The notes beneath the pieces were generated by a model. That model did not search any database and was not told the origin of the DNA. It saw only the letters and a list, made by a program, of their open reading frames with translations. Below are positions 16,853-27,406 of a DNA stretch of 64,000 nucleotides, in pieces. The translations under genes and the position numbers were made by a program. Every line of letters starts with the position of its first letter. Within the stretch, counting starts at the first letter, position 1. Location of the stretch: NCBI RefSeq assembly GCF_003334785.1, contig NZ_QOWV01000007.1; one strand, written 5' to 3'. This stretch comes from Escherichia coli (GTDB taxonomy: Bacteria > Pseudomonadota > Gammaproteobacteria > Enterobacterales > Enterobacteriaceae).

Positions 16853-17058
16853 TCATACAAATAAGATGACGGCATTTTACTCGCACGTTCCATGAAAATC
16901 CTTTGCAAAGCGTAATGTTTCAAATGCACAAAACTTTTATACTCTAAGAAATCAGGATTGCACCAGTACAAGCAGCCTGATGTTTGACGAGTATTTAACT
17001 TGTTATGAATAACATAGAATAGCAGCCATTCACTTTTTCTACGAATCAGGAACCCTCC

Positions 17059-18339
17059 ATGAGTAAGTCTGAAAATCTTTACAGCGCAGCGCGCGAGCTG
17101 ATCCCTGGCGGTGTGAACTCCCCTGTTCGCGCCTTTACTGGCGTGGGCGGCACTCCACTGTTTATCGAAAAAGCGGACGGCGCTTATCTGTACGATGTTG
17201 ATGGCAAAGCCTATATCGATTATGTCGGTTCCTGGGGGCCGATGGTGCTGGGCCATAACCATCCGGCAATCCGCAATGCCGTGATTGAAGCCGCCGAGCG
17301 TGGTTTAAGCTTTGGTGCACCAACCGAAATGGAAGTGAAAATGGCGCAACTGGTGACCGAACTGGTCCCGACCATGGATATGGTGCGCATGGTGAACTCC
17401 GGCACTGAAGCGACCATGAGCGCCATCCGCCTGGCCCGTGGTTTTACCGGTCGCGACAAAATTATTAAATTTGAAGGGTGTTACCATGGTCACGCTGACT
17501 GCCTGCTGGTGAAAGCCGGTTCTGGCGCACTCACGTTAGGCCAGCCAAACTCGCCGGGCGTTCCGGCAGATTTCGCCAAACATACCTTAACCTGTACTTA
17601 TAATGATCTGGCTTCTGTACGCGCCGCATTTGAGCAATACCCGCAAGAGATTGCCTGTATTATCGTCGAGCCGGTGGCAGGCAATATGAACTGTGTTCCG
17701 CCGCTGCCAGAGTTCCTGCCAGGTCTGCGCGCGCTGTGCGACGAATTTGGCGCGTTGCTGATCATCGATGAAGTGATGACCGGTTTCCGCGTAGCGCTAG
17801 CTGGCGCACAGGATTATTACGGCGTAGTGCCAGATTTAACCTGCCTCGGCAAAATCATCGGCGGTGGAATGCCGGTAGGCGCATTCGGTGGTCGTCGTGA
17901 TGTAATGGATGCGCTGGCCCCGACGGGTCCGGTCTATCAGGCGGGTACGCTTTCCGGTAACCCGATTGCGATGGCAGCGGGTTTCGCCTGTCTGAATGAA
18001 GTCGCGCAGCCGGGCGTTCACGAAACGCTGGATGAGCTGACAACACGTCTGGCAGAAGGTCTGCTGGAAGCGGCAGAAGAAGCCGGAATTCCGCTGGTCG
18101 TTAACCACGTTGGCGGCATGTTCGGTATTTTCTTTACCGACGCCGAGTCCGTGACGTGCTATCAGGATGTGATGGCCTGTGACGTGGAACGCTTTAAGCG
18201 TTTCTTCCATATGATGCTGGGCGAAGGTGTTTACCTGGCACCGTCAGCGTTTGAAGCGGGCTTTATGTCCGTGGCGCACAGCATGGAAGATATCAATAAC
18301 ACCATCGATGCTGCACGTCGGGTGTTTGCGAAGTTGTGA
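17059..18339 (+). CDS. hemL: Glutamate-1-semialdehyde 2,1-aminomutase
   Basis: 426-aa [29 protein letters not shown]... matches HemL. Confidence 0.97.
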   Translation: MSKSENLYSAARELIPGGVNSPVRAFTGVGGTPLFIEKADGAYLYDVDGKAYIDYVGSWGPMVLGHNHPAIRNAVIEAAERGLSFGAPTEMEVKMAQLVTELVPTMDMVRMVNSGTEATMSAIRLARGFTGRDKIIKFEGCYHGHADCLLVKAGSGALTLGQPNSPGVPADFAKHTLTCTYNDLASVRAAFEQYPQEIACIIVEPVAGNMNCVPPLPEFLPGLRALCDEFGALLIIDEVMTGFRVALAGAQDYYGVVPDLTCLGKIIGGGMPVGAFGGRRDVMDALAPTGPVYQAGTLSGNPIAMAAGFACLNEVAQPGVHETLDELTTRLAEGLLEAAEEAGIPLVVNHVGGMFGIFFTDAESVTCYQDVMACDVERFKRFFHMMLGEGVYLAPSAFEAGFMSVAHSMEDINNTIDAARRVFAKL

Positions 18340-18348
18340 TCCAGCATG

Positions 18349-18485
<137 letters not shown>

Positions 18486-18496
18486 ATATGGAAAAA

Positions 18497-20479
18497 TTAA
18501 CGGCTCTGCTTTCTCAACAAATAGATAAAATATGGCGCGCCGATAAAGGTTGACAGCAGCCCCGCCGGGATCTGGAATGGAAACAGCACCATCCGCCCAC
18601 ACCAGTCAGCGAACACCAGCAGTAAACCACCCACCAGCGCCGAAATTACGATGTGTGGCATCGTCCGTCGAAAGCCCATCATCCGCGCAATATGCGGTGC
18701 CATTAAACCAACAAAACTCAACGGTCCAATAGTCATCGTCGCGGTCGCCGTCAGGCAAGCCGCTAACAGCAGCAGCGCAATTCGCGTCGGCGTCAGCGCC
18801 ATTCCTACGGCTCGGGCGGTATCACCACCCAGCGGTAAAATGGTCAGCCAGCGGCGGCACAGCGGGGTAATCGCCAGCAAAATCACCATCACAATTCCGG
18901 TGCGCCAGACCTGCGCATCGGTCGCGTTGTAGGTCGAACCGGAAATCCAGGTCAGCACTTGCGCCATTCGCGGGTCACCACTTGCCTGCAACATCATCAA
19001 AAGCATGGTGAACGCGGTGCTTAACGCCATCCCCGCCAGTAACATACGGTGTGGGGAAAATCCACCGCGGCCGGCGGCGATCATAATGATCAACAGCGTC
19101 ACCGCCGCGCCGAGACTGCCTGCAGGTAACAGCCAGCCAAAGGCATTACCCGGCACCAGAAACAGCATCAACACCACGCCAAACGCCGCGCCGGAGCTAA
19201 TCCCCAGCACTTCCGGGCTTGCCATCGGGTTTCCGGTCAGTCGCTGAATAATACAGCCCGCCACCGCCAGCATGACGCCCGCAAACAGCGCCGCCATAAT
19301 TCGCGGCCAGCGCCAGGGCATTAAATCCTCGAGCAACGCCCCGCTCGCCCACGTCCAGCCGTGCGCATCACGACCAAACGACAGCGCCACCACCACAGCC
19401 ATCAACAGCAGCACGCCGCCCGCGAGGGCAAACGCCAGCACATGTTGGCGTTCAGCCGCGACACGATCGTTGACCTTCATATCCGGCGCGCTAATGCTGC
19501 GTAAACGCGGCAACAGCCACAGTAGCAGCGGCGCACCGATCAACGCAGTGACCGAACCGGTGGACACTTCCATCCACACGCGAGTCAGCCAGAGGATGAT
19601 TTGATCGGAAAGCCAGAGGATCAGCGCACCAATCAACGACGCCAGCATCAGTCGTGGCAGCAGACGCCGCGCCCCCAGCATTTTTGCCAGCAGCGGCGCG
19701 AACAACCCGATAAAGCCGATAATCCCCACAGCGTTCACCAGCAGCGCACTGATGACAATCGCCAGCGACAGCGCCGCCAGACGCGCAAGCGACAAGGCCA
19801 GCCCGAGATTGCGCGCCACGCCATCATCAAGCCCCATCAGGGTTAACGGACGAAGTAGCAGCAACGTCAGCATCACACCGCCCAGCAGCTGCGGCCATAA
19901 ACGCTCAACGCCGCCCCAGTCGGTTTGCGTCAGCGTTCCAGTGCTCCACAGAAACATGCTTTGCAGTTGGTCATGATGGAAGATAACCAGTAACTGATTG
20001 ATTGCGCCGCAATAAAGGCTCACTACCAACCCCGCGAGAATCAGCGTTACCGGCGACAGCCGTTTCCCCCACGCGACGCCAAAGACAATTAAGCCAACAA
20101 CACAAGCCCCTGCCAGCGCAGCAAACTGGCTCGCCATCGCACCAGGGATCGCCCAGAGCGTAGTGACGGTAATCCCCAGTTGCGCGCCTGTAGCAACGCC
20201 AAGCGTCGTCGGCTCCGCCAGCGGGTTACGCAGCACTTGCTGAAACAGCACGCCCACCAGCCCCAGACCCGCGCCCACCAGCAGCGAAATCGCCAGACGC
20301 GGCAACAAGCTGTAGTGAAAAATCATCTGCTCGATGACGTCAATATCCGGCGACCAGGCAGCCTGCGCCCACTGGCTACGCGGCAGCGCCTGCGAGAAGT
20401 TCATCCAGGTGAGCGCCGTAGCGACAATCACTAACAGCGCCAGCAATAACGCCGGGAAAAGCGCAATTCGTTTACTCAC
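18497..20479 (-). CDS. fhuB: Ferric hydroxamate ABC transporter permease
   Basis: 660-aa ORF, duplicated FecCD-type permease. Confidence 0.96.
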   Translation of the reverse strand: MSKRIALFPALLLALLVIVATALTWMNFSQALPRSQWAQAAWSPDIDVIEQMIFHYSLLPRLAISLLVGAGLGLVGVLFQQVLRNPLAEPTTLGVATGAQLGITVTTLWAIPGAMASQFAALAGACVVGLIVFGVAWGKRLSPVTLILAGLVVSLYCGAINQLLVIFHHDQLQSMFLWSTGTLTQTDWGGVERLWPQLLGGVMLTLLLLRPLTLMGLDDGVARNLGLALSLARLAALSLAIVISALLVNAVGIIGFIGLFAPLLAKMLGARRLLPRLMLASLIGALILWLSDQIILWLTRVWMEVSTGSVTALIGAPLLLWLLPRLRSISAPDMKVNDRVAAERQHVLAFALAGGVLLLMAVVVALSFGRDAHGWTWASGALLEDLMPWRWPRIMAALFAGVMLAVAGCIIQRLTGNPMASPEVLGISSGAAFGVVLMLFLVPGNAFGWLLPAGSLGAAVTLLIIMIAAGRGGFSPHRMLLAGMALSTAFTMLLMMLQASGDPRMAQVLTWISGSTYNATDAQVWRTGIVMVILLAITPLCRRWLTILPLGGDTARAVGMALTPTRIALLLLAACLTATATMTIGPLSFVGLMAPHIARMMGFRRTMPHIVISALVGGLLLVFADWCGRMVLFPFQIPAGLLSTFIGAPYFIYLLRKQSR

Positions 20480-21366
20480 GCCTTACCTCCGATGGCGTTA
20501 TCCAGAACGCGCACAAAGTGCATTGCCGAGAGCGTCGCACCATAAAACCAGACTGCAGGTACGCGCTGAAAGCGTCCGGCGCGGACAAACGGCATGGCCT
20601 GCCACAGCGGCGTTGCCATTAGCGCATCCATGTCTTTGCTGTTGTCGTGATCAAAACAGAGCACATCAACGTCTTTATACGCCGCCAGACGATCGATACT
20701 GACGGCGGTACTGCCCCAGAAGTTGGTTTCCCCTTGCCAGGCATTTGGGATGCCGTACTCATCAAGAATTTCCTGGAACAAGCTGTTTGGACCGAAGACC
20801 AGCATATGGCGCGGATCGATAAGCGTCGTCAGCAATAACGGACGCGCACCACGCTTCACAAAGCGGGGTTTCATGCTGCGGATAAAGTCTTCATATTGCG
20901 CTAAATGCGTTTCCGCTGCGCTTTGCAGGTTAAGTAAATCTGCCATTTCCGTCAGCGATTTACGCGCCATCGCCAACGGCTGTTTGCCGTCACTGAAGTT
21001 AAATCCGCGACCCGGCGCAATACGAGCCAGCATTTCTGGTGAAGGGCCATATCCTGCCGACCAGACCATAAACGATGGTTTCATTTCGGTCAGCAGTTCA
21101 AGGTTAGGTTCTGTGCGCAAACCGACGTCGATCACTGAGTCCGGCAATGGTGGTTCGCTGACCCACAGGCGATAGTTGATGGTATCCGCCACGCCGTAAG
21201 GCACGATGCCGAGCGCCAGCAGTAATTCCACCGGCAACCACTCCAGCGCCACAATACGATTGGGATCAATAGCCGCCGCGTGGGCGGTATTCATCTGCCA
21301 TAACAACGGAGAAAGCGCCATCGCCGTTAACAGTCGACGGCGCGAAATAAGAGGTAAGCCGCTCAT
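20476..21366 (-). CDS. fhuD: Ferric hydroxamate periplasmic binding protein
   Basis: The known 296-aa protein starts at MSGLPLISRRRLLTAMALSPLL (Tat/signal-like). Its stop overlaps the fhuB start. Confidence 0.94.
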   Translation of the reverse strand: MSGLPLISRRRLLTAMALSPLLWQMNTAHAAAIDPNRIVALEWLPVELLLALGIVPYGVADTINYRLWVSEPPLPDSVIDVGLRTEPNLELLTEMKPSFMVWSAGYGPSPEMLARIAPGRGFNFSDGKQPLAMARKSLTEMADLLNLQSAAETHLAQYEDFIRSMKPRFVKRGARPLLLTTLIDPRHMLVFGPNSLFQEILDEYGIPNAWQGETNFWGSTAVSIDRLAAYKDVDVLCFDHDNSKDMDALMATPLWQAMPFVRAGRFQRVPAVWFYGATLSAMHFVRVLDNAIGGKA

Positions 21367-22163
21367 CAATAAACAAAACTCACAGGTGCAGCACCCGCCG
21401 GATGCGGCAAAATACCCATCGGGATGCCATAAATCATTTCGAGGGTTTCGCCGCGCATAATTTCCGCAGGCGTTCCCTGAGCAATCATTTCACCGCCGCG
21501 CAGGGCGACCAGATAATCACAGTAGCGTGCCGCCATATTGATATCGTGCAACACGGCAATGACCGTCAGGCCACGCTCCTGACTTAAACGGTGCACCAGC
21601 GACAGCACATCAACCTGGTGGGCGATATCCAGCGCCGAGGTCGGTTCGTCGAGCAACAGACAACGGCTATCCTGCGCCACCAGCATGGCGATCCACGCCC
21701 GCTGACGTTCGCCGCCAGAGAGACTATCGACCAGCCGATGCGCCAGCGGTTTTAAGCCAACCAGCGAGATAGCTTCCTCGACTTTTTCGCGATCTGCCGC
21801 CCCAAAGCGCCCCAGCGCGCCATGCCACGGGTAACGACCAATCGCCACCAGTTCACGCACGGTCATCCCTTCTGCCGGAGGAAGCTGCTGCGGCAAATAA
21901 GCCACTTTGCGGGCAAACGCTTTGCTGCTCCAGCTTTCCAGCGGTTGGGCATCAAGAAGAATCTCCCCTTCCGACGGCGGCTGATGACGGCCAAGCATTT
22001 TGAGCAGAGTGGATTTACCAGAACCGTTGTGACCAATCAGACCGGTCACTTTCCCGGCAGGAAAGGTTAACGACAGCGGATGCAAAAGCGTGCGCCCGGG
22101 CACACGAAAGGAGATATTACGCAGTGCAAAAGTGGTATCGGAATGATTCGTGTATTCCTGCAT
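21366..22163 (-). CDS. fhuC: Ferric hydroxamate ABC transporter ATP-binding protein
   Basis: The ORF track starts at 22205; the known 265-aa protein starts at MQEYTNHSDTTFALRN (22163). Walker A GHNGSGKST and LSGGERQR signature. Confidence 0.94.
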   Translation of the reverse strand: MQEYTNHSDTTFALRNISFRVPGRTLLHPLSLTFPAGKVTGLIGHNGSGKSTLLKMLGRHQPPSEGEILLDAQPLESWSSKAFARKVAYLPQQLPPAEGMTVRELVAIGRYPWHGALGRFGAADREKVEEAISLVGLKPLAHRLVDSLSGGERQRAWIAMLVAQDSRCLLLDEPTSALDIAHQVDVLSLVHRLSQERGLTVIAVLHDINMAARYCDYLVALRGGEMIAQGTPAEIMRGETLEMIYGIPMGILPHPAGAAPVSFVY

Positions 22164-22213
22164 AACAGCCAACTTGTGAAATGGGCACGGAAATCCGTGC
22201 CCCAAAAGAGAAA

Positions 22214-24457
22214 TTAGAAACGGAAGGTTGCGGTTGCAACGACCTGACGTTCTGCGCCCCAGAAGCAGCCATAAGTGTTAAAGCAGCTGGCGACGTATTC
22301 ACGATCGAACAGGTTGTTAACATGCAGCGCCACGTTGGAGCCAGCCATGCCGACTCGCGCCAGATCATAACGTACTAACGCATCCACGACCGTATAACTT
22401 CCCACTTTAAAGGAGTTAGCCGGATCACCATAACTGGAGCCAGTATAACGACCACCGGTGCCCAGCGTCAGACCTGAAAGCGGACCGTCAAAGAAGGTGT
22501 AGTCAGCCCACAACGAAGCCATGTGTTTTGGCACCTGTGCAGGCGTATTGCCTTTATAGGTAGTATCGGTGGTGTATTCCGCATCGGTGTAAGTATAAGA
22601 ACCGACTACGTTAACACTCGCCGACAGCGCCGCTTTCGCTTCGATTTCTACGCCACGTGCGCGGATCTCGCCACCTTCAACCGAGAAGAAGGAACCCTCA
22701 GGGTCCGCCATCAGGTTGTTGGTTTTAGTGAGATTATACACGGCACCAGTAACTACAATCGGACGATCTTCCGGTACATATTTCACGCCGACTTCATACT
22801 GCTTACCTTTAGACGGTGCGAAAATATTACCATCCTTCCCAACTTGCGAAGAAGGTTCAAACGATTCGCTATAGCTGAAGTAAGGTGTTACACCATTATC
22901 AAACAGGTAGTTAACACCACCACGCCAGGTAAACTGTTTGTCATCACGTTTATCGGTCGTCCCGGCAACGCGGTTAAGAGATTCTTGATCTGCCCAGTCA
23001 TAACGACCGCCTAGGGTGACCAGCACTTTATCCCACTGCGCCTGATCCTGAACATAAACGCCCGTTTGTTTCTGTTTATTCAGAATGCGGTAAGGGCCGG
23101 AGTTTGCCGGATCTTTGGCATTGAAGTCGAAATCGGTATTCACCGGATTGTACAGATTGAGCAGTGGCACAGAGTCGTCGTAACCAAACCAGGCGTTGAT
23201 GTCATTACGCATACGCATAAAGTCGACACCGGTCAGCAGGGTGTGGTCGATATCACCAGTGGCAAACTTGCTCTGCAACTGGGTATCAACGGAGAAGTTT
23301 TGCAGCTTCTCATCATCAACGACGTATTTACGTGCCAGATAATGGCCTTTATCCGCTGGCGCTAATGCCGCACACTGTTTGCTGTAAGCATTCGCCGGAT
23401 CGGAGCAGACGCCGTAACCATAAACGCTGTTTTGCGAGGTTTTGTTTTCAGCAAAGCGCAGGTTCTGACGCACAGTAAAGGTGTCGTTAAATTCGTGATC
23501 GAAGCTGTAGCCGACCATCTTCTCATTACGAGAATAGGTGTTGTTCTTCGCCCCTTCATTAAAGTCTGTCGGCAGACGCTTACCGTTCGGCAGCGGCTCA
23601 ACGGTTCCCTCTTTCGGCAACCAGCCGTAATAACCGGTTTCCGGCTCGTTCTGGAAGTAAGAAAGGAAGGTAAAATTGGTTTTATCATCCGGACGCCAGG
23701 TGAACGCCGGTGCAATAGCATAACGCTGCTCTTCTGACCCTTTCTGCTGGGCATTGGCAGAACGCGCAAGACCGGTCAGGCGATAAGAGTAAACACCGTC
23801 ATCATCCAACGAATCGCTAAAGTCAAAACCAGTCTGGAACAGGCTGTCAGTACCGGCTTTAAACTGAACTTCTTTCAGCGGTTCGGTGGTCGGACGCTTG
23901 CTGACCATATTCAACAGGCCGCCAGGACTGCTTTTACCGTAAAGCACGGAAACCGGGCCACGCATAATTTCAGCGCGTTCCAGCATATACGGGTCAATGA
24001 CCGCATCGTTATAGAAGTTGCCCTGCAACTTCAGGCCATTCAGATAGTTATTCTGGCTTTGGCCTTCTGCCGCAAAGCCGCGAATGATCAGGTGGTCATA
24101 GGTGTTGGATGCGCCACGCGTACCAACAGAGACACCCGGCGTGTAGCTAAGCGCTTCTTTTACCGACTTCGGCTGATGCAGCGCCATCTCTTCGGCGGTC
24201 ACAACAGAAATAGACTGTGGCACTTTTTGAATCGGCGTATCGGTTTTAGTGCCGGTAGCAGACTGTCGCGCCGCAATAGTTGCAGCAGGCCCCCATGCGC
24301 TTTCTTGCGGCGCAGGTGCAGCGGTAACGGTGATAGTGTCTTCTTTCGGTTCAACCGCTGCCTGTGCATAAACAGACATGCCGCTAACCGCTGTGGCTAC
24401 TACAACTGCGATTTTACGCAGTGAGTGTTTTGGCTGAGCAGTTTTGGAACGCGCCAT
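22214..24457 (-). CDS. fhuA: TonB-dependent ferrichrome outer membrane receptor
   Basis: 747-aa ORF with signal peptide, TonB box and C-terminal aromatic residue (ATFRF). Confidence 0.97.
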   Translation of the reverse strand: MARSKTAQPKHSLRKIAVVVATAVSGMSVYAQAAVEPKEDTITVTAAPAPQESAWGPAATIAARQSATGTKTDTPIQKVPQSISVVTAEEMALHQPKSVKEALSYTPGVSVGTRGASNTYDHLIIRGFAAEGQSQNNYLNGLKLQGNFYNDAVIDPYMLERAEIMRGPVSVLYGKSSPGGLLNMVSKRPTTEPLKEVQFKAGTDSLFQTGFDFSDSLDDDGVYSYRLTGLARSANAQQKGSEEQRYAIAPAFTWRPDDKTNFTFLSYFQNEPETGYYGWLPKEGTVEPLPNGKRLPTDFNEGAKNNTYSRNEKMVGYSFDHEFNDTFTVRQNLRFAENKTSQNSVYGYGVCSDPANAYSKQCAALAPADKGHYLARKYVVDDEKLQNFSVDTQLQSKFATGDIDHTLLTGVDFMRMRNDINAWFGYDDSVPLLNLYNPVNTDFDFNAKDPANSGPYRILNKQKQTGVYVQDQAQWDKVLVTLGGRYDWADQESLNRVAGTTDKRDDKQFTWRGGVNYLFDNGVTPYFSYSESFEPSSQVGKDGNIFAPSKGKQYEVGVKYVPEDRPIVVTGAVYNLTKTNNLMADPEGSFFSVEGGEIRARGVEIEAKAALSASVNVVGSYTYTDAEYTTDTTYKGNTPAQVPKHMASLWADYTFFDGPLSGLTLGTGGRYTGSSYGDPANSFKVGSYTVVDALVRYDLARVGMAGSNVALHVNNLFDREYVASCFNTYGCFWGAERQVVATATFRF

Positions 24458-24477
24458 TGGTATATCTCTGATGTAAA

Positions 24478-24530
24478 GTGAATGATAACGTAAACGAGAA
24501 TGATTATTATAAAGATAAGATAATATTCGA
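24478..24530. promoter_or_regulatory. fhuA promoter region with Fur-box-like AT-rich repeats
   Basis: gaatgataacg ... gaatgattattat ... gataagataatattc lies 20-75 bp upstream of the fhuA ATG and resembles GATAATGATAATCATTATC hexamer arrays. Confidence 0.55.
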
Positions 24531-24676
24531 AACGCTGGCGGGTTCGCAAGCGGTACGCAATCTGAGCGTTCCTGAAGGGTTAATAAACAACCAGATGAAA
24601 AGAAAGGGTTAATATCTTAGATGGGATGTTATTTTACCGGATGGCAACTCGCCATCCGGTATTTCACGCTTAGATG

Positions 24677-27211
24677 TTAATTACTACCAAACATATCCTT
24701 GATCCAACCGGCTACACCGTCGCTGTCTTTCTGCTCTTGCTGAGCAGGTTGCTGTTGCGGCTGTTGCTGCGGCTGAGAAGACTGATCAAACGGATTGCCT
24801 GACGGCTGCTGCTGCATCTCGCTCTGCTGGCACAGCGATTGCGGATCGCTGGTCCAGACCGGCAAGATACGCATGCCACCGCTGCAAACAAAGTTGCCGT
24901 CGTAGTCCACGCCCATATCTGCAATATCTTCTGGCGGAACAAGATTCAGCGGCGTTGGCGTCTGGTTAGCCAGATAACGCTGATAAATCGACATTGCCCC
25001 GCTGGCACCATACAGTTTGGTCGGCTGGTTGTTATCACGGCCGACCCAGGTGATGGTCACCGTGCTGCCGTCAATGCCCGCAAACCAGGTATCTACGTTA
25101 TTGTTGGTAGTCCCTGTTTTCCCTGCCAGATGCAGGTTCGGGTATTTCGCCCCAAGCTGACGACCCGTACCGCGTTGTACCACCTGCTGCATGGTCCATA
25201 GTGTCAGATACGCCGCCTGCGCCGGAACAGCGCGTTCCGCCTGCGGGAAGCTCTGATACAGCACTTTGCCATCTTCCGCGATTACCGAACGCAGCGCAGA
25301 AAGCGGTGCACGGTTACCACCGCTGGCGATGGTCTGGAATGCCTGCGCCACTTCGATTGGCGTTAAGTTCAACGCCCCCAGCAGCATTGCCGGAACCGGA
25401 TGCAACTGATCTTTCGGTACGCCCAGTTTAATCCAGGTCTCCGTAACCGCAGGCAGCCCCAGCGCCATCCCCAGATTTACCGTCGGCACGTTCATCGAAC
25501 GGGTCAACGCATCCACCAGCATCACTCTGCCGCTTTCGCTATAACGACGGTCATCATTCTGCGGTGACCAGACCTGGCCATTCGGCTGACGCAGCGCAAT
25601 TGGCGCATCCGCAATCCACGTATTCAGACGATAGATTTTCGGCTGGCTTAAGGCCGTCAGATAAGTCGCTGGTTTTGCAAGGGAACCAATCGAACGACGC
25701 GCCTGCATCGCACGGTTGTAGCCCGCAAACTGCGGCTCAGAACCTCCGACCATCGCACGAACTTCACCACTAAAGCGGTCGACGACCACAATCGCAGTTT
25801 CAAGATCGCTCAACTTACGCTGTTTCTTCAGTGCCGGAATGCCTTCCACGGCGGCTTTTTCTGCCGCGTCCTGGGCCACCGAGTCAAAGGTAGTGAAGAT
25901 CTTCACGCCGGAGAGATCTTTTACCTTATCGCCCAGTTTTGCCTGCAGCTCCTGACGCACCAGTTGCATAAAGGCTGGCTGAGGAGAGATCACCCCACCG
26001 CGCGGCTGAACCCCCAGCGGACGGGCACTCAACATGTCATAGAGTTCTTGATCAATAATCTGTTGCTGTTGCAGCAGACGCAGCACCAGATTACGTCGCT
26101 CCAGCGCCAGTTTTGGGTTACGCCACGGGTTGTAGATGGACGCCCCTTTCACCATACCGACTAACAGCGCCTGCTGGTCGAGGCTTAGCTCTTCTACCGG
26201 GCGACCAAAGTAATACAAGCTTGCCAGCGGGAAGCCGCGGATTTCGTTGTCGCCGCTCTGACCGAGATACACCTCGTTCATATACAGCTCAAGAATACGG
26301 TCTTTGCTGTAACGCGCGTCCATGATCAGCGCCATGTAAGCTTCGTTCGCTTTACGCCAGTAAGAACGCTCGCTGGAGAGGAACAGGTTTTTCACCAGCT
26401 GTTGCGTCAGCGTACTCGCACCCTGTACCGTGCGTCCGGCGGTCAGGTTTGCCAGCACCGCACGTCCGATTGAGTAGAGACTGATTCCATCATGCTCGTA
26501 AAAATGACGGTCTTCTGTCGCCAGCAAAGTATCCACCAGCAAATCCGGGAAACCACTGCGCGGCACAAACAGACGCTGCTCACCGTTTGGCGAAGAGATC
26601 ATGGTGATCAGACGCGGATCAAGACGGAAGAAACCGAACTGACGGTTGTTCTCCATATTGACGATCGTCGCCAGATGATCGCCATCAAAGGTCAGACGCG
26701 CGCGCACCTGTCCTTCTTTACTGTCCGGGAAATCAAACGGACGGCGAATCATCTCAATGCTGTTGGCCTGCACGGTAAATTCGCCAGGACGGGTCATTTT
26801 CGACACCTGACGATACTGGGTCGCCTCCAGCAGCTTCACCATCTCGTTCTTGCTGATGGTCATGTCTGGCTCAAGATTGACCATTCGGCCATAAACTGCC
26901 GCAGGCAGTTGCCAGACCTTGCCATCAATACGGCTACGAATTTTTTGATCGAGATAAACGCCGTAAATGGCGATCAGCACGGCAAAAACGATAGCCAGTT
27001 TTAGCAGTAGCCATAGCCAGCCGCGTTTGCCACGAGGCTTACGCCCTTTGCCTTTGCCCTTACCTTTGCGCGGCATCGGTTCTTCATCCTCATAGTCATC
27101 ATAATCGTCGTAATCATCGTCATCTTCGTAACGACGACGGCTTACCTTTTGTTTGACCGGACGCGTCGGTTTCCCTTTGCGTCCAATTGGCTCGCGGTCA
27201 TTCCCGGCCAT
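24677..27211 (-). CDS. mrcB: Penicillin-binding protein 1B (bifunctional transglycosylase/transpeptidase)
   Basis: The known 844-aa protein starts at [14 protein letters not shown] (27211); the ORF track starts 5 codons upstream. Has SxxK-type transpeptidase domain. Confidence 0.96.
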   Translation of the reverse strand: MAGNDREPIGRKGKPTRPVKQKVSRRRYEDDDDYDDYDDYEDEEPMPRKGKGKGKGRKPRGKRGWLWLLLKLAIVFAVLIAIYGVYLDQKIRSRIDGKVWQLPAAVYGRMVNLEPDMTISKNEMVKLLEATQYRQVSKMTRPGEFTVQANSIEMIRRPFDFPDSKEGQVRARLTFDGDHLATIVNMENNRQFGFFRLDPRLITMISSPNGEQRLFVPRSGFPDLLVDTLLATEDRHFYEHDGISLYSIGRAVLANLTAGRTVQGASTLTQQLVKNLFLSSERSYWRKANEAYMALIMDARYSKDRILELYMNEVYLGQSGDNEIRGFPLASLYYFGRPVEELSLDQQALLVGMVKGASIYNPWRNPKLALERRNLVLRLLQQQQIIDQELYDMLSARPLGVQPRGGVISPQPAFMQLVRQELQAKLGDKVKDLSGVKIFTTFDSVAQDAAEKAAVEGIPALKKQRKLSDLETAIVVVDRFSGEVRAMVGGSEPQFAGYNRAMQARRSIGSLAKPATYLTALSQPKIYRLNTWIADAPIALRQPNGQVWSPQNDDRRYSESGRVMLVDALTRSMNVPTVNLGMALGLPAVTETWIKLGVPKDQLHPVPAMLLGALNLTPIEVAQAFQTIASGGNRAPLSALRSVIAEDGKVLYQSFPQAERAVPAQAAYLTLWTMQQVVQRGTGRQLGAKYPNLHLAGKTGTTNNNVDTWFAGIDGSTVTITWVGRDNNQPTKLYGASGAMSIYQRYLANQTPTPLNLVPPEDIADMGVDYDGNFVCSGGMRILPVWTSDPQSLCQQSEMQQQPSGNPFDQSSQPQQQPQQQPAQQEQKDSDGVAGWIKDMFGSN

Positions 27212-27308
27212 GCTTTTTCTCCGCAATATTCAGGCGCAAAAGCCCGATTTTCTGTTCTTCTGTTACAAGACAGAAGAAGATATCTCTCAAAATTTGTGCT
27301 CGATCGGT

Positions 27309-27397
27309 CCCCTCTCCCTTGAGGGAGAGGGTTAGGGTGAGGGTGAACGTGCGCGCTGATGCCCTCACCCCGGCCCTCTCCCACAGGGAGAGGGAGA
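27309..27397. repeat. Two inverted boxC-like GC-rich palindromic repeat units in the hrpB-mrcB intergenic region
   Basis: cctctccc-ttg-agggagagg, then gggtgagggtga ... gccctcaccc, then ccctctccc-aca-gggagaggg; nested inverted repeats typical of intergenic boxC-type repeats. Confidence 0.7.
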
Positions 27398-27406
27398 AAA
27401 CCAACC

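Noticed and set aside
27309-27397. Possible CRISPR-like repeat
   Set aside because: Only two inverted units with no regularly spaced direct repeats and no cas genes nearby; consistent with a boxC/REP-type intergenic repeat.
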